DNA from: Glaucostegus cemiculus
Lineage: Eukaryota
Length of the DNA stretch: 64,000 bases
Reading direction: 5' to 3'
Assembly (NCBI GenBank): GCA_976551045.1
Contig: CDPCPM010000281.1
Coordinates: 10,478,001-10,542,000, forward strand
Shown here: positions 1 to 12,145 of the stretch, in pieces
How the letters are laid out: each line of letters opens with the position of its first letter
How positions within the stretch are numbered: position 1 is the first letter of the stretch
Translations under genes and position numbers: made by a program
The notes under the pieces: generated by a model
The model's input: the letters and a program-made list of their open reading frames with translations, nothing else
What the model was told of the DNA's origin: nothing
Database searches by the model: none

Positions 1-979
1 TTTATCTACATTCAGTTTTGCAAGTGCTACGTATTTTGTCTTTCTTCTTGCTCAAGTCTGTACCTCAGGTTTGCCGAGATTGATTGTGAGCTTCACAGAC
101 ACACACAACCAATGCAGTCACATAGTCATTGGTCTTCCTCAATTATTTTGTTTCACCTTTAAGGCAGTGACTCTTCCCTAACTTCATCACCAGAGCAAAC
201 TATATTGGATCAGTAATTTTTACCGCCAGCAAAGTCCTTCACAAAATGTACAGACATATATACATGAAGGATTTAAACAGTGTTACAATTAATTCAAGGG
301 CTCTTCACAGATTGTCTTGGAACTTCTACGAAACACTGTGGCAACCCAGAGATCAGTTAGTTACTTAACACAATCCTGAAAGTGGTGACAGTCTTAAAGT
401 CCTAGTCATTGTTCACAAGCAATATTTTATATCATTGAAGTAATTCAGATAAAAAGGTTGATCTCAGTCATGGAGTCCATACAACCACTGGATTGCCATA
501 AAAACATAACTGGTAAACAAATAACTTTTAGAGAAGAAAGCTTGACATTCTTACCCGAACTGATCAAATTATGATTCCAGACATCACAGCAGTACGGTTG
601 AGGCTTAACTGTCCTTTTGAAAATGGCCTAGCAAGCCACTCAGTTGAATAAAACTGCTATATCAAAATATAAAAGGATTAAACATAAAATAGGACAAACT
701 ACCTGACAGCAATCTAGACAATGGATTCAGACACATTAAAGTATCCGTCAGCCAAATCAACCGCGCAAAGTCCTCCTCATAAACACTTAGGTACTTGGAA
801 GAACTTCCCCATGGATTTACTGTATATCACAATACTTACAATGTCAAGTCCTTCAGCCAATCTCCCGGACTCCAGCCCTGTCCCATCAGCTGGTCAAGCC
901 TACCAGAGATGGCAGAAGAGCAGGTCAGAGGTTTGGTATTTTCCAGTGAGTGAATCACCTCATGATGTGTCCAAACCTT

Positions 980-1490
980 CCCAACATTCACGAGGTATGT
1001 CAGGAGTTGATGGAATATTTTTCACGTGCATGGATGGGTGGCATTCTAACAATACTCAAGAGTCCTGAAATTAAAAAGGAGAAAGCAGCACATTTCATTG
1101 TCAGCTAATCCACCATCCTCGACATTCTTTACCTCAACCATTGACACAGCCTGACAGCAGAGTGTACCACTCACAAAATTCACTGCCACAACACATCAAG
1201 GTTTATTTGACATCCACTTCCCAAGCCCACAACCTCTACACCAGGGACTGCTGGCACACTGGAAAAATGCCAAGGTTTCCCTCCACATTACCCACCATGA
1301 CTCTGAAATATATTAATACCATTTCTTCATCACCATCAGGTCTAAACCCTGGAACTCCCTACCCAATAGTATGTGAAAGTGGTTTCACCACTTGGACTGC
1401 AGCAGGTCAAATAGGTGATTCTTATGATTTCTTCAAGGATAATTAGCATTTGGCAAAGAAGTACTGGCCTGACAGGGACATCTATATTTG
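980..1490 (+). mobile_element. Degenerate CR1/L2-superfamily LINE 3' fragment
   Basis: Colinear similarity to 4620-4980 and 55580-56020 (caggagt..gatggaata, ttctcaag..caatta, ctggcc). Confidence 0.6.
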
Positions 1491-1689
1491 TGGATAAATT
1501 TAAAAATCTGTTTTTTCTTTCACATTCCTCAAAATACACCTGGAAACTTTGAAGTGATTGACCACACCAGCCTCCTCTGTATCCCCTTCCAAATAGCTAA
1601 GGCACATTCATCTGGTTCCATTCCATCTAACCAGACAGTTGTCTCCCAGCTACACCATTAGTTCTAGCCTTGGCCCTTTCTTTCTCATC

Positions 1690-2270
1690 CACATGCTGCT
1701 TCCACGCAACATTATCCAAAAACACAGCAGCAGTTTCCACATGTACATGGACAACAGCCAGATCTGCCCTAGTATCATTTCCCAGTAAAATCCTCCAGGT
1801 TCACTGGAGAGATAAGCAAACCAACATTTCTTGGGCCGATGTCCCAGGCATCAAGAACCTGGTTACACGCAGTCAGCAACATTACGCTTGCCAGTCATTC
1901 GCAGGCCCAGTGCCAGACTCCTGGAATAGACACTCTATTCCAAATTATGTCATAGGAAGAGCTTACTTGGTGGACAGGGGAAAAGTTTCAAGGACGTTCT
2001 CAAAGCCTCCTTGAAGAAACTCTGGGATCCTCTGACTCATGACTGCTTAAAGTGGAGAGGGAACATTTAGATGTTACTGAGAACCTTGAGTCCAAGCATT
2101 GGGAGAACAGAGAAGCCCTGCATAAGTGATAGAAGGAGGAGACCACCTCAGAAACTACCCACTCACCTGCACCTCCCACCCCATCTATGGAAGAATCTGT
2201 AGTTCTCACATTACCTTTGTTGGCCACCTCAAAACCCATATAACTGGAGTGGAAGTAAGTCATCGTCATT
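1690..2270 (+). mobile_element. Degenerate RTE-clade LINE 3' fragment
   Basis: Peptide remnant KILQVHWRDKQTNIS and a downstream FKDVLKASLK-like segment typical of the RTE C-terminus; frameshifted. Confidence 0.65.
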
Positions 2271-2390
2271 ACTGAAGCTATTGATCTGAAGAGCATCCAA
2301 GTGAGCATGAATACTTGTTCTTTCCCTATTCCAGTAAATCCCATTAGTTTTTCAGCCCTGCTTATTATGAAGGCGAATGCACTACATTAT

Positions 2391-2688
2391 GATAAAGATA
2401 TCTTTATTAGTCACATGTACATCGAAGCACACAGTGAAACACATCTTTTACATGGAGTGTTTTGGGGAGCAGCCCACAAGTGTTGCCATGCTCTGACGCC
2501 AACATAGCATGCCCACAACTTGCTAACCTGTACACCTTTGGAATGTGGAAGGAAACCAAAGCACCCGGAGGAAACCCACACAGACACAGGGAGAACATAC
2601 AAACTCCTTACAGACAGTGGCCAGAATTGAGCCTGGGTCGCTGGCACTGTAATAGCGTTATGCTAACTGCTACACTACCATGCCTGCC
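2391..2688 (-). mobile_element. tRNA-derived V-SINE with a Rex1-like tail
   Basis: Reverse complement has a tRNA-like head, V-domain (gagtttgtatgttctccc..gtgggtttcctccgggtgct) and tail gatgtacatgtgactaataaa; homologous to 5851-6151. Confidence 0.85.
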
Positions 2689-3419
2689 TAGAGAACTTGT
2701 AACAAGATTGAGTTACTCTGAGTTTTACATGTGATCTCTCACATTTATAAGAATTAAGTGTGCATTCAGAACTATTGTTCCTGATAACGGTGCATAATTG
2801 TGAGTTGGTGCTCTCACACTTCTTTATAGTTTAGTGTTGAAGGTCAATATTCCTGGCTCTCCATATTACTCCCTCCATTAACCATAGCATTATAAAATCA
2901 ATCTTAAAGAAAAGAATATAATTAAAATGTTTTAAATGCTGCAAATGAAGGTATTTTAATGGATTGTGTGCCCACTTCATTTTTATGCAAAGCATTGAGA
3001 TTGGATTGGGTATTTGGCTCAGGGATTTCAAAAGGCTATTTCAAGCAATATAACTCATTCGCTTCGACCCTGGCATAGACTTGACAAAACCATTTCATTT
3101 TAATGGTTTGCTCGAGTGAAGGTGAGGTCATTGAAACAGTATATTCAATTGAAAATAAACAGTTTTTAAAGAACATTTTTGCAAATATTCAATCAGCGTG
3201 ATTCTGTGGTAGTATTTGTCACCACTCGTTCAACTTGGCAGCGTGATCAGAGCAGTGCGTTCAATGCCCTGAAGCCAACAAAGGTTAGTGTGGCCACAGG
3301 TCCAGCAAGGTGGTTGGGGGTGGTAGTGGGAAACAATAGGCTTGGTGCAGATCCAATAGTGCTGGCTGTAAGGTACCACTGGATGACTCAAAGGCAGGAC
3401 CTGCTGGGTTCGAACTAAG

Positions 3420-4240
3420 GAACAGTGGTGATGGGACTACCGTATAATCCAGGAAGAAGTGTGAAGGAGATAAACGAGCACATTTTCAGTCACATTGCAA
3501 AAAAAAAATTAGAGGAGTTGATATTCAAAGATTCATTCACCCCAATATGGACTGAGATTACAAATGTAAATGGCAAAGAGGAGAAGGAATTCCCAAAATG
3601 TGTCCAAGAGAATTTTATTGATCATCATGTGTCTAGTACTCAAGCTGGTTATAGGGAAGGAAATGGAATGTGTTTTCGTGGGAGAACTTGATCAAGAGTT
3701 TAGACTAGTTATGGAAATGAACAAAGTAAAGCAATACCTAAAAATATTCAAGAGCTAATTTTTATGAGTTGAAAGGGACATCTTCAAAAGAGGTGTGGGT
3801 GGAAACTTAACACATTCTATAAAAGGGAAAGAGCATCCAAAGTTAGAACACCCTGGACGAAAGGGAATGAGGAGACCCATGATAAATATCAGGTGTGCAG
3901 TTCAGTAGGAAACTGAATAGAAGAAGTGGAGAACTGAAAGAAAGGATTTAGAGAGTACATGAGAACTGCTCAGAAGGTAAAGGGAAAGGGAATGCAGGAG
4001 TCCTTTAGAAACACATAAATAGCAAAATCTTACTCAGTGGAAGCATGGAGTAGATATGGTGCCAAAGAAGAGACCTTCTTGAGGATCTCAAGATAATAAC
4101 ATTGCGATGTTCTTCACCAAAGAACAAGATGCTGCTAATGTGAGAGTAAAGGATTCAGCAGGTATATTGGATGGGGTATAACAAAAGGAGGCATTCCATG
4201 AAGGAGAAAAATAATCGGCTGTAGGATGTTGTGGGATGCC
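3420..4240 (+). mobile_element. Highly degenerate CR1 ORF2 (endonuclease-side) fragment
   Basis: Peptide remnants VMGLPYNP and EKEFPKCVQENFIDHHVSS resemble IMGVIYRPP and EKEFVECLWDAFLEQLV of the intact copy. Confidence 0.55.
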
Positions 4241-4980
4241 TCGTCAATAACCTTCATCCATCATAAGGTCAGAAGTGGGAATGTTCACTGATGACTGCAC
4301 AATGTTCAATTCTGTTTGCATTTCCTCTGCAGAAGAAGTCCACACCTGTATGCAGCGGTCAGGCATGAGCTAGTAAATGGCAAATAACATTCACATCACA
4401 AAAGTGCCATGCGATGACCATGTTCAAAAGGCGAGAGCCTACTCACCCTTGATATTCAATAGTATTACCATAGCCATGTACCCCATTATCAACTTCCTGT
4501 AGTGGTCATTATTGAGCAGAAAGTCAAGTGGGCAGCTAAATAAGTACTGTGGCTACAACAGTACACATTATGCAGCAAATAAGTCATCTCCTAACACATG
4601 AAAGCTTTCTATCATCCATAAGTCACAAGTTAGGAGCCTGATGGAATACTCTCTGTTTGCTTGGAGTCCTGCTCAAATGACCCACAAGAACTTTAACACC
4701 ATCCAGGACCAAGCAGAATGACACCCATCCTCCATCCTGAACATTAATTCCTTACAGGTTCCTTCAAGTCACACAATATCCTGGCTGGAAAATATATGTA
4801 CCATTCCTTTCTCCTTGCTAAATCCAGTAACTCCTTATCCGCAACGCAATGGGAGCAGCTGCACCAGAAGGTCTGAAGCAGTTCAAGAAGGCAGCTCATC
4901 ACCACCTTCTCAAGTGCAATTAAGGACAGGCAATAAATTCTGGCCTTGGAAGTGAAACCAAAGTCCTGAAAAATAAATAG
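4240..4980 (+). mobile_element. CR1/L2-superfamily LINE 3' fragment
   Basis: RT remnant atgttcactgatgactgc (FADD-like) and tail aaggcagctcatcaccaccttctcaag...ggcaataaattctggcc. Confidence 0.75.
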
Positions 4981-5482
4981 GAACTAGACAGAAATTGTGG
5001 AAACATTAAATCATAATCTTGCATTTCTCTTTATTTATGGGAACAGTGCCATTGTATGGAAAATTCTAAATAATACGCACCTCTTCCCAAAAATGGCAGA
5101 GTGTGAACCAACAACTGCAGGCTGGTCAATGTAATATTCACCATGGGGAAACATTTAAAAGTAATAGTTCAAAACAAAACTGTTCCAGAAAAACATTTTT
5201 TAGTAAATTAATCCAGCATGAATTTCCAAAAGGCAAATTGTCTTGATGCAATTGTTTGATGAGGTAATAGAGAAAGTTGGAGAAAGGCAATGTGATTTAT
5301 GATTTTTGTGTGGATTTGTAAAAGGTCTTTGATAAGGTACCACATAATAGATGCTAACAGAATTGAAGACTATTGGATTAAAATAGCAGCAGCTACAGGT
5401 ATACAAAATGTGCTGAGAATCAAAAAGCAGAGAATAACACTCCTGAAGCAAGCAGTATTTCTGATATATATTAGCTTTTAAG

Positions 5483-5646
5483 GTGTAATGATCTGTACTA
5501 TGTATTCTGCCAAGTGTGTATGTGTCTCTGTTGGTTGTTATGTTATTTTTTTGTATGGGACGAGCACCTGAGGAGGACGGTATATCGCTCCTCTGCATAC
5601 TTTGTATGTATGTGGTTGTGACAATAAAACTGATTCTGATTCTGAT
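5483..5646 (+). mobile_element. Short LINE 3' end (Rex1-like tail)
   Basis: Ends gtgacaataaaa followed by a (ctgatt)n microsatellite tail. Confidence 0.55.
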
Positions 5647-5850
5647 ATGCATTACTCAAATAGCAAAGCATTTTTAATCAGTATATGAAACAGTTAAAAT
5701 AGTCATACTAGCTATGTGAAATTATTTGATTAGTTCTTTTCAGGTTTTTCTATAATCATTGGCTCTTTGTAATACAGTAGCAACCTATACTTTACCAGTG
5801 CCACACATGGATGTTCCTGGAAGGAGATGTCTTGTCTCCATGACCACTGT

Positions 5851-6151
5851 GGCAGGCATGGTAGTGTAGCAGTTAGTGTAATACTATTACAGTGCCAGCA
5901 ACCTGGGTTCAATTCCACTGCTGTCTGTAAGGAGTTTGAATGTTCTCCCCATGTCTGTGTGAGTTTCCTCTGGGTGCTCCAGTTTCTTCCCACATTCCAA
6001 AAATGTACAGGTCAGGAAGTTGTGGGCATGCTATGTTGGCGCCAGAAGTGTGGCAACACTTGTGGGCTGTCCCCAGAACACTCTATGTAAAAAGATGCAT
6101 CTTACTGTATGCTTTTGATGTACATGTAACTAATAAAGAAATATTATCTTA
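5851..6151 (+). mobile_element. tRNA-derived V-SINE with a Rex1-like tail
   Basis: A-box-like tagtgtagcagttag, B-box gggttcaattcc (5905-5916), V-domain, and tail ending taataaa. Confidence 0.87.
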
Positions 6152-6169
6152 TATATTAGTTATCTGGAC

Positions 6170-6880
6170 CTGAATCTACAGAATTTGCAACATTTATAGT
6201 TGACATATAACTCTAAAATAGAATAAACTATGAAGAGGATGGAAATGGGCTTCAGAAGAAATGAGGCTTATGAGATGGGTAGGATCATGCCATGTGTAAT
6301 TTAGTAGAAAGAAATGTGTTGTGATATATCTTAGTAGGCTAAAGGGAGGCCTGAGAAAGATGTTTGGAATTCTTGACTTTACAAAGAAGAGACATAGAAT
6401 CCAAAAACAAGGAAATTGTGTTAAACCGTTACAAAATACTGATTAGAGAGAAACATACTGTGGGAAGGATGTCACCATCTTTGTGAGGATGGAAAGGACT
6501 GGAAGATGTTAGCTATATGGAGATGAGAGAAAAATGGTTTGTTCCTGGAAAAGAGAAAGTGAAGAGAATATTTAATATGTGTCCAAAATCATAATACAGT
6601 AGATGATTCCTATGGCAGAATGTTAGCAAATAAAATTTGTCAAAAGAACCGGGGGTGGGGGGGGCTAGGGATGTATGCAGCATGTGCTATTTTCTGAAAT
6701 CCAATATCTGAAAGAATGGTTGATGTTGATCAATAATAACATTCATAAAGGAAATGGATAAATATTTGAAGTAGAAGAATGTTCGGAGTTATGGGAAAAG
6801 AGCAAGGAAGTGGATCTGATTGGATAACTCAAACACAATGGGCCAAATATCTGCCTTCTGTGTTGCATCATTCAGATTCT
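6170..6880 (+). mobile_element. Degenerate CR1 RT and 3' end (probably continues 5180-5440)
   Basis: Decayed FADD region and CR1 tail atgggccaaatatctgccttctgtgttg. Confidence 0.6.
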
Positions 6881-8759
6881 AACTAACCATTTACATTCCA
6901 CTCCAACACATAAGCACAAAAAAACTCCACTGAAACTCAAAATCAGCACGGAGAGGGAACTGCATTGTCTGCATACTGCCATTTGCTAGAGAAGATTATA
7001 AACCATTGTAAAATTGTTGACATTACACATCCAATAAAATTATTCCAAGTGAGGCAGTTTACAGCTTCCAAGCCAAAAAATACCTTGGTCTTTGAAAGCA
7101 GGTTAACTTGCCGTTTCTTGGCTGCTTTCTGTGGGATGCTGCTGTGCACAGATGAGCCTTTGCAATGGCAGTATAAATACAAAACTGTAATCATTGACTG
7201 CCTGATGGGGAGCCCCACCCAACAATTCAACCTCTTGTTGTAAACCCTAACTCTACAAGGGGAGAGCTGTTAAAATGTATTCCCTTTTCCAATGGTTATT
7301 TGATTTAAACTGCAGCTCTGAATCATGCACTTCTTCTGATCATGTGCCTGATCGCAGAGACGTTGTAGAGTTGCCACCAGATTGCAGCTGTACTATGCTG
7401 CCTTCTAGTGATCAGACTGGAAAAGAATAACCTGCCTACCTATTTGCATTAATGGCCACAGTTTGTAATCTGAAAAATCTGTCTATAATAGACTTAAAAG
7501 AAGATGAAGAAATTCCATAACCCCAAGAAGCACTTTGCCATTTATAACAGGGATCCAAGTCAGAATGCCATTTTTAGCATTTCAGAATATTTTCAATTTT
7601 CCATGGAGAAACAAATTGATATGGAGCTTCATTGATTTGGAAGGACAAATGGCCAATGTTTGTAAAAATAAAAGATTTATACAGAATCAATATTCTGAAA
7701 ATGGATTGTTTTGTTTCTAACTGTGTGAATCACCAACACATTTATTTTGATGTCTGGTTTGAAAATTGCTATACAGAGAAAGCAGGGAACACAATCCCTC
7801 TTAGGAGGTAGACATGATGCTTATGCACTGAAGAGCTCTGTAGGTAATGAGACTAATTCAAGTGTTCTCCTTTATGGAAAAGCATATTTCTTCAGATTGG
7901 GTTACAGAATAAACAAGTCTATTTACTTCCCTCTGTACCTCACTCATCATTGCTCTCATCTCAACATCCATCAAAGAAGGAGCTGAGCCTGAGTTGTTTC
8001 TTCATTTTGTGACTGGATTTCCTCTCATATCATTTCTTCCAATATTTCTTCCCCTGATTTCCCCAATTTTAACCATGGCTGTCAATGGTCTGATATATTT
8101 GAAGTCTTCCCAAAAGTTGTCAGAGCTCATAGCTCCCTATTCCACAAAACACAATATATAAATTAAAGAGACATGGTCAATAGTTAAATTAAATAGAAAG
8201 GCATCACCTAAATATATAGTCAGTAAAGAAGACGGTGATGAAAGAAAATACAATTTGGAAAAAAGCCAAGAAAACAAGTTGTAAAGTGAAGAGAAGCTGC
8301 AAAATTAAATTATCAAGGAACAGTAAATGGAAAAGTAAATTATTCCACAGACACATAAATAACAAATGCAAATTAACACCGGGCCATAAAGGGATGAAAA
8401 ATGAACCCACCTTATGTATTAAAAGGACTAACACTAGATGAAAAAATCAAAAAAGAGTTGTAATGTTTATGATAATAATGGATTTAATTTTAATTAATTG
8501 ATAAATTAATTAAAATATTGATAATTTGCATGCATTGCATCCATATTTAATAAAATTGGTTAGTCTCGAGTGAGTGGAGTACTATTACACATACTTAAAA
8601 AATCATTAGGGAAAGAAAGATTGCTGGTTAACCAGAGGACATATTATTCATACATGTAATAAGAAAGAGTAAGTCCAGTAAAGACCAGCTATTTTAATGT
8701 TAGCAGTAGGAACGATAATGGGACTTTTACTCAAGGATATGATAGGAACTGAAAATATA

Positions 8760-9610
8760 TTAAAGAACAGTCAGCACCAGCAAAAAGTGAAAAATCAAGC
8801 TTGAAAAACTTTATTTTTTTAAGATGTAGAAAGGATGGACAAAGAGCATGTATTACATATATGATACTGAATTTTCAAAAGGCCTGCTTAAGGGACCACA
8901 AAGTATTCAAGGATTAAGTAGAAGAATGGAGACAAGCTTACCAAACAGAAAGCACAGAATAGGCATTAAGAGCAACTAATTAAAATGACTAAAGACAGGT
9001 AATAGTGTCCTGCAGGGACCATTGGCCACTGTTGTCCACAAGCTACAGAAATGATTTAGGCTCAGGGACCAGAAGCACAGTTTCAACATTTGCAGACATC
9101 CCTGAATTAGGGACTGTGTTCTATGTGGCAGAAAACACCACAAAAGACAAGAAGGCATTAACAAAATGTGGGATGGGTGGGTCACTGGCGAATGAATTAT
9201 GATGTGGATGAGTGAGTGAGGTGCTGGAAATGGTACAGAGATAAGAAGGTCATACATTCTTTGGACAGTAGGAGTCCAAATAGTTAGAAAACTAAAGGGA
9301 TCCAAAGGAACACAGCAGATAAATTCACACTGCAGGTTAATAAGGATTTTTAAGAAAGCACTAGAGTTAATTTTTAAAGGGATGGAATTATGTAAAATCT
9401 GTATCAAATCTTCAGTAGACAACGTTAAGAACTATGTATGTCTTTTGTTTCTATATGATAAAAACAAAGATAAGGATTCACAAGAGAGGGAATAAAAACA
9501 TTACTCAATAATAAGACGATTATATCTATCAGGCTGAATTTTCTTTCTCTAAAAGGGGGAAAGCTGAAGCATTTTCTGATAAAAATCTTTATCTGACAAA
9601 GGTCTTATGG
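8760..9610 (+). mobile_element. Highly degenerate CR1 RT fragment
   Basis: aattttcaaaaggcc (DFQKA), gtgtcctgcagggac (GVPQG) and acatttgcagac (FAD) occur in the expected order. Confidence 0.55.
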
Positions 9611-9626
9611 AAAGATTTACTAAGCT

Positions 9627-9721
9627 GGACAGCACAGTGGAGCTAGCTGCCTCACAACTCCAACCACCAGCCTTTAATCCTGACCTCTGGTGCAGTCTGG
9701 GTGGAGTTTGCACATTCTCCC
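9627..9721 (+). mobile_element. 3'-truncated V-SINE head
   Basis: ctgcctcaca...ggtggagtttgcacattctccc, cut within the V-domain. Confidence 0.7.
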
Positions 9722-10222
9722 AGCATGAGACTAAACGGAAACTAGAGGAACAGCACCTCATACTCCCCCTGGCTAGTCTACAACCCAACAGCATGAACAC
9801 TGTATTCTCTAACCTTGATAACCTGCTCATCCTCTGTCCCTTTTCTCTCTCCTCCTGATCCACCCAGTTCCTCCTACGTCCATGTCGAACCCTCCAGCCA
9901 CCCATCACTCTGTTTCTCTCCCTTCCTCCACCCACTCCATCTGCCCATTGCACACACACTCCTCCCACTGGATTCCCTCCCCATACTGCTCCCATCCCAC
10001 CTCTCTTATTTGGTTCCATGCTCCAGCTTCCTTTCCTATCAGATTCCATCATCTGCAGCCCTTTGTCTCCACACATCACCTCTCAGCCTCTGTTGCTATT
10101 TCCACATTTCCCTCTTCCATCTGCCCATCACCCCATCTCACCTGGATCCACACATCACTTGCCAGCTCTTGCTCCACCCCTTCCCTTCAACTCTTTATAC
10201 TCACTATTTCCCTTCTATTTCT

Positions 10223-10259
10223 CAGTCCAGATGAAGGCCTCAGCTGGAAACATCACCTG
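10223..10259 (+). ncRNA. Degenerate minimal type I hammerhead ribozyme motif
   Basis: cagtc-CAGATGA-aggcctcagctg-GAAAC-ATC-acctg versus consensus CUGAnGA...GAAAC-GUC; core is mutated. Confidence 0.55.
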
Positions 10260-10412
10260 CCCATTTCCCTCCACAGATGCTGCCTGACCCACTGAGTTCC
10301 TCCAGCATCTTGTTTGCAGCTCCAGAATCCAGCATCAGCAGTCGAGTCTCCACTTTGCTGCTCCACTGTGAAGTCAATTCGAGGTATGCCCACTTTGAAG
10401 AAGTTATCCTCC

Positions 10413-10450
10413 CAGTCCAGCTGAAGGTTCTTGACCCAAAAAGTTGACTG
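10413..10450 (+). ncRNA. Degenerate minimal type I hammerhead ribozyme motif
   Basis: Perfect stem I cagtc/gactg encloses CAGCTGA-aggttcttgaccc-AAAAA-GTT; core is mutated. Confidence 0.5.
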
Positions 10451-10926
10451 TCCATTTCCCGCCATAGATCCTGCCTGACCCGTTGAGTTCCTCCAGCATT
10501 TTGTGTGTCGTATTAACTATTGGTTGTTAACCTATCTCCTGAAACAGATAGAGAAATAATGATTGCTGATTACAGAATTTGAAATCCAATGAATTTCCTG
10601 GTTGTTCAGCAAAGGCCCCTCCCAGTGGACGCTGTGACACACATCCCTGCAATTAGCCACTGACTGGATGCACATTTTGGCTGAATGCAGCCGCTGTTGG
10701 TGGATTCACACTTCCTCCTACAAGGCTGAAACACATTCATCCCTGTCCTTCCACTGGTGGTCCACAGACCAGCCTCCAGCTGTCCAGAGGAAGGTGGGGT
10801 GTGGTGGGGAACGGGGGTGGGAGGTGGGGGCTAGGTAAGTCTTGTGCTCTTGCAATCATTAGATTTGCCAAAGTGACATCTGACACCCTTCCCAGTGCAG
10901 GGGTGTGTGTGCTTCCCCAGTGCCAT

Positions 10927-11295
10927 TTCAAGTTCAAGTTCATTATCACGAGCATACATACCCAGGGTATAAATCCCAGGAAAATCAGCTTTTCGCAGCA
11001 GCAGCCCAATACATTACAAACACGACAAACGTAAATTAATTTAAACTTAAATTAGCAGATTATACATCAAAACAAACAAATTAAACAAAACATTAGTGCA
11101 AGTTGAAGGAGAGAGAAAAAGAAATATAGTCCAGTGTAGTGTTAGGGTTTTTTAGCTCAGTTCCAGAACCTGATGGCATTGGGGAAGAAGCTGTTGTTGG
11201 CCTTTGAGGTGCGAGTCTTCAGGCTCCTGAACCTCCTGCCTGATGCCAGCAATGAGAAGAGGGCATGGCCTTGACGGTGGGCATCCTTACTAACA
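10927..11295 (-). mobile_element. Rex1/Babar LINE 3' fragment
   Basis: Minus strand reads GHALFSLLASGRRFRSLKTRTSKANNSFFPNAIRFWN, the typical Rex1 C-terminus; (ttcaag)n tail at the left end. Confidence 0.8.
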
Positions 11296-11349
11296 GAGTC
11301 TGAGTAAAAGGGAGTATGTTACCTAATTCCACTCTGAAGTCCCCACATG

Positions 11350-12145
11350 TGGAGAATAGTGAAGGAGGAGAGAGTGGATGGTGGTCCAAAACCAAAAGTC
11401 ATAAATATAAGGTAGTCAATAAATAAATCCTTTTCTTTTTCAATCTTTTTATTAATAACAAATCATTACAGGTTAAGATATATAACAACAATGTTTACAC
11501 ATGTATTATATAAATATCAAATAAATCGTAGATAATCATAAAAAAAAAGCAATAAAGTATGATGTATATAAAAGAAATAATTCCAACAATATCTCGGTTC
11601 ATAAGTGTAATATAAAAGATAAAAAAGAAAAAGATTTGTTATATAATTAGAAGAAAAAACAAAACAAAAAAAAAACCCAAAACAATTTTTAAGAAAAAAC
11701 AATTTTAAAAAATCATAATAATATAGAGTAAATTAAACCAAAAATGAATTTAAAAAAAAAGGGGAAAAAAAACAAAACAAGAAGAAAAAAAAACTGGGCT
11801 AAAATTCAATAGAAATAGAACAATATAATGTTGTCAGCTCCGTTTCTCTAAATTTAAAAAAAAAAGTTATAGAAGGGGAAACTACATTGTATGAAAGTCA
11901 ATAAATAAATCCTGCTGGGAATTCAGGAGAAACCTCTTTCCTCAACAAGTGGTGAGAATGTGAGCTTGCCACTGCAAGGCATGGTTAAGGTGAATAGCAT
12001 AGACGAGAAGCTGCATAAACACATTAGAGAGAAAGGAATAAAAGCTTGTGTTGATAGGTTTAGGTGGTGAGAAGGGAGAAAAGATAGATGAAGCGTAATG
12101 TTCAACATTATCTGGTTGAGCTAAATAATCTTTGTCCTTCGGCTC
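11350..12145 (+). mobile_element. CR1 3' fragment interrupted by a later insertion
   Basis: aattcaggagaaacctctttcctcaacaagtggtgagaatgtg resembles RRNFFSQRVV; split by the 11432-11895 insert. Confidence 0.7.
11432..11895 (-). mobile_element. Polyadenylated retroposed insert (probable L1-clade 3' UTR) with an 18-bp target-site duplication
   Basis: Perfect direct repeat agtcaataaataaatcct at 11414-11431 and 11896-11913. AATAAA and an A-rich tail on the minus strand at the left end. Confidence 0.8.

Larger units (their letters stand above)
9722..10510 (+). mobile_element. Penelope-like element 3' fragment with tandem terminal repeats
   Basis: ETKRKLEEQHLILPLASLQPNSMNTVFSN resembles the C-terminus of a Penelope GIY-YIG endonuclease. 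It is followed by a pyrimidine-rich spacer and two direct copies of the hammerhead plus gatgctgcctgacccactgagttcctccagca unit. Confidence 0.8.

Noticed and set aside
5851-5925. tRNA-like sequence with A and B boxes
   Set aside because: It is a SINE head continuing into a V-domain, with no complete cloverleaf.
9549-10295. Several overlapping 130-176 aa ORFs
   Set aside because: They arise from the low-complexity pyrimidine-rich Penelope spacer, which has few stops.
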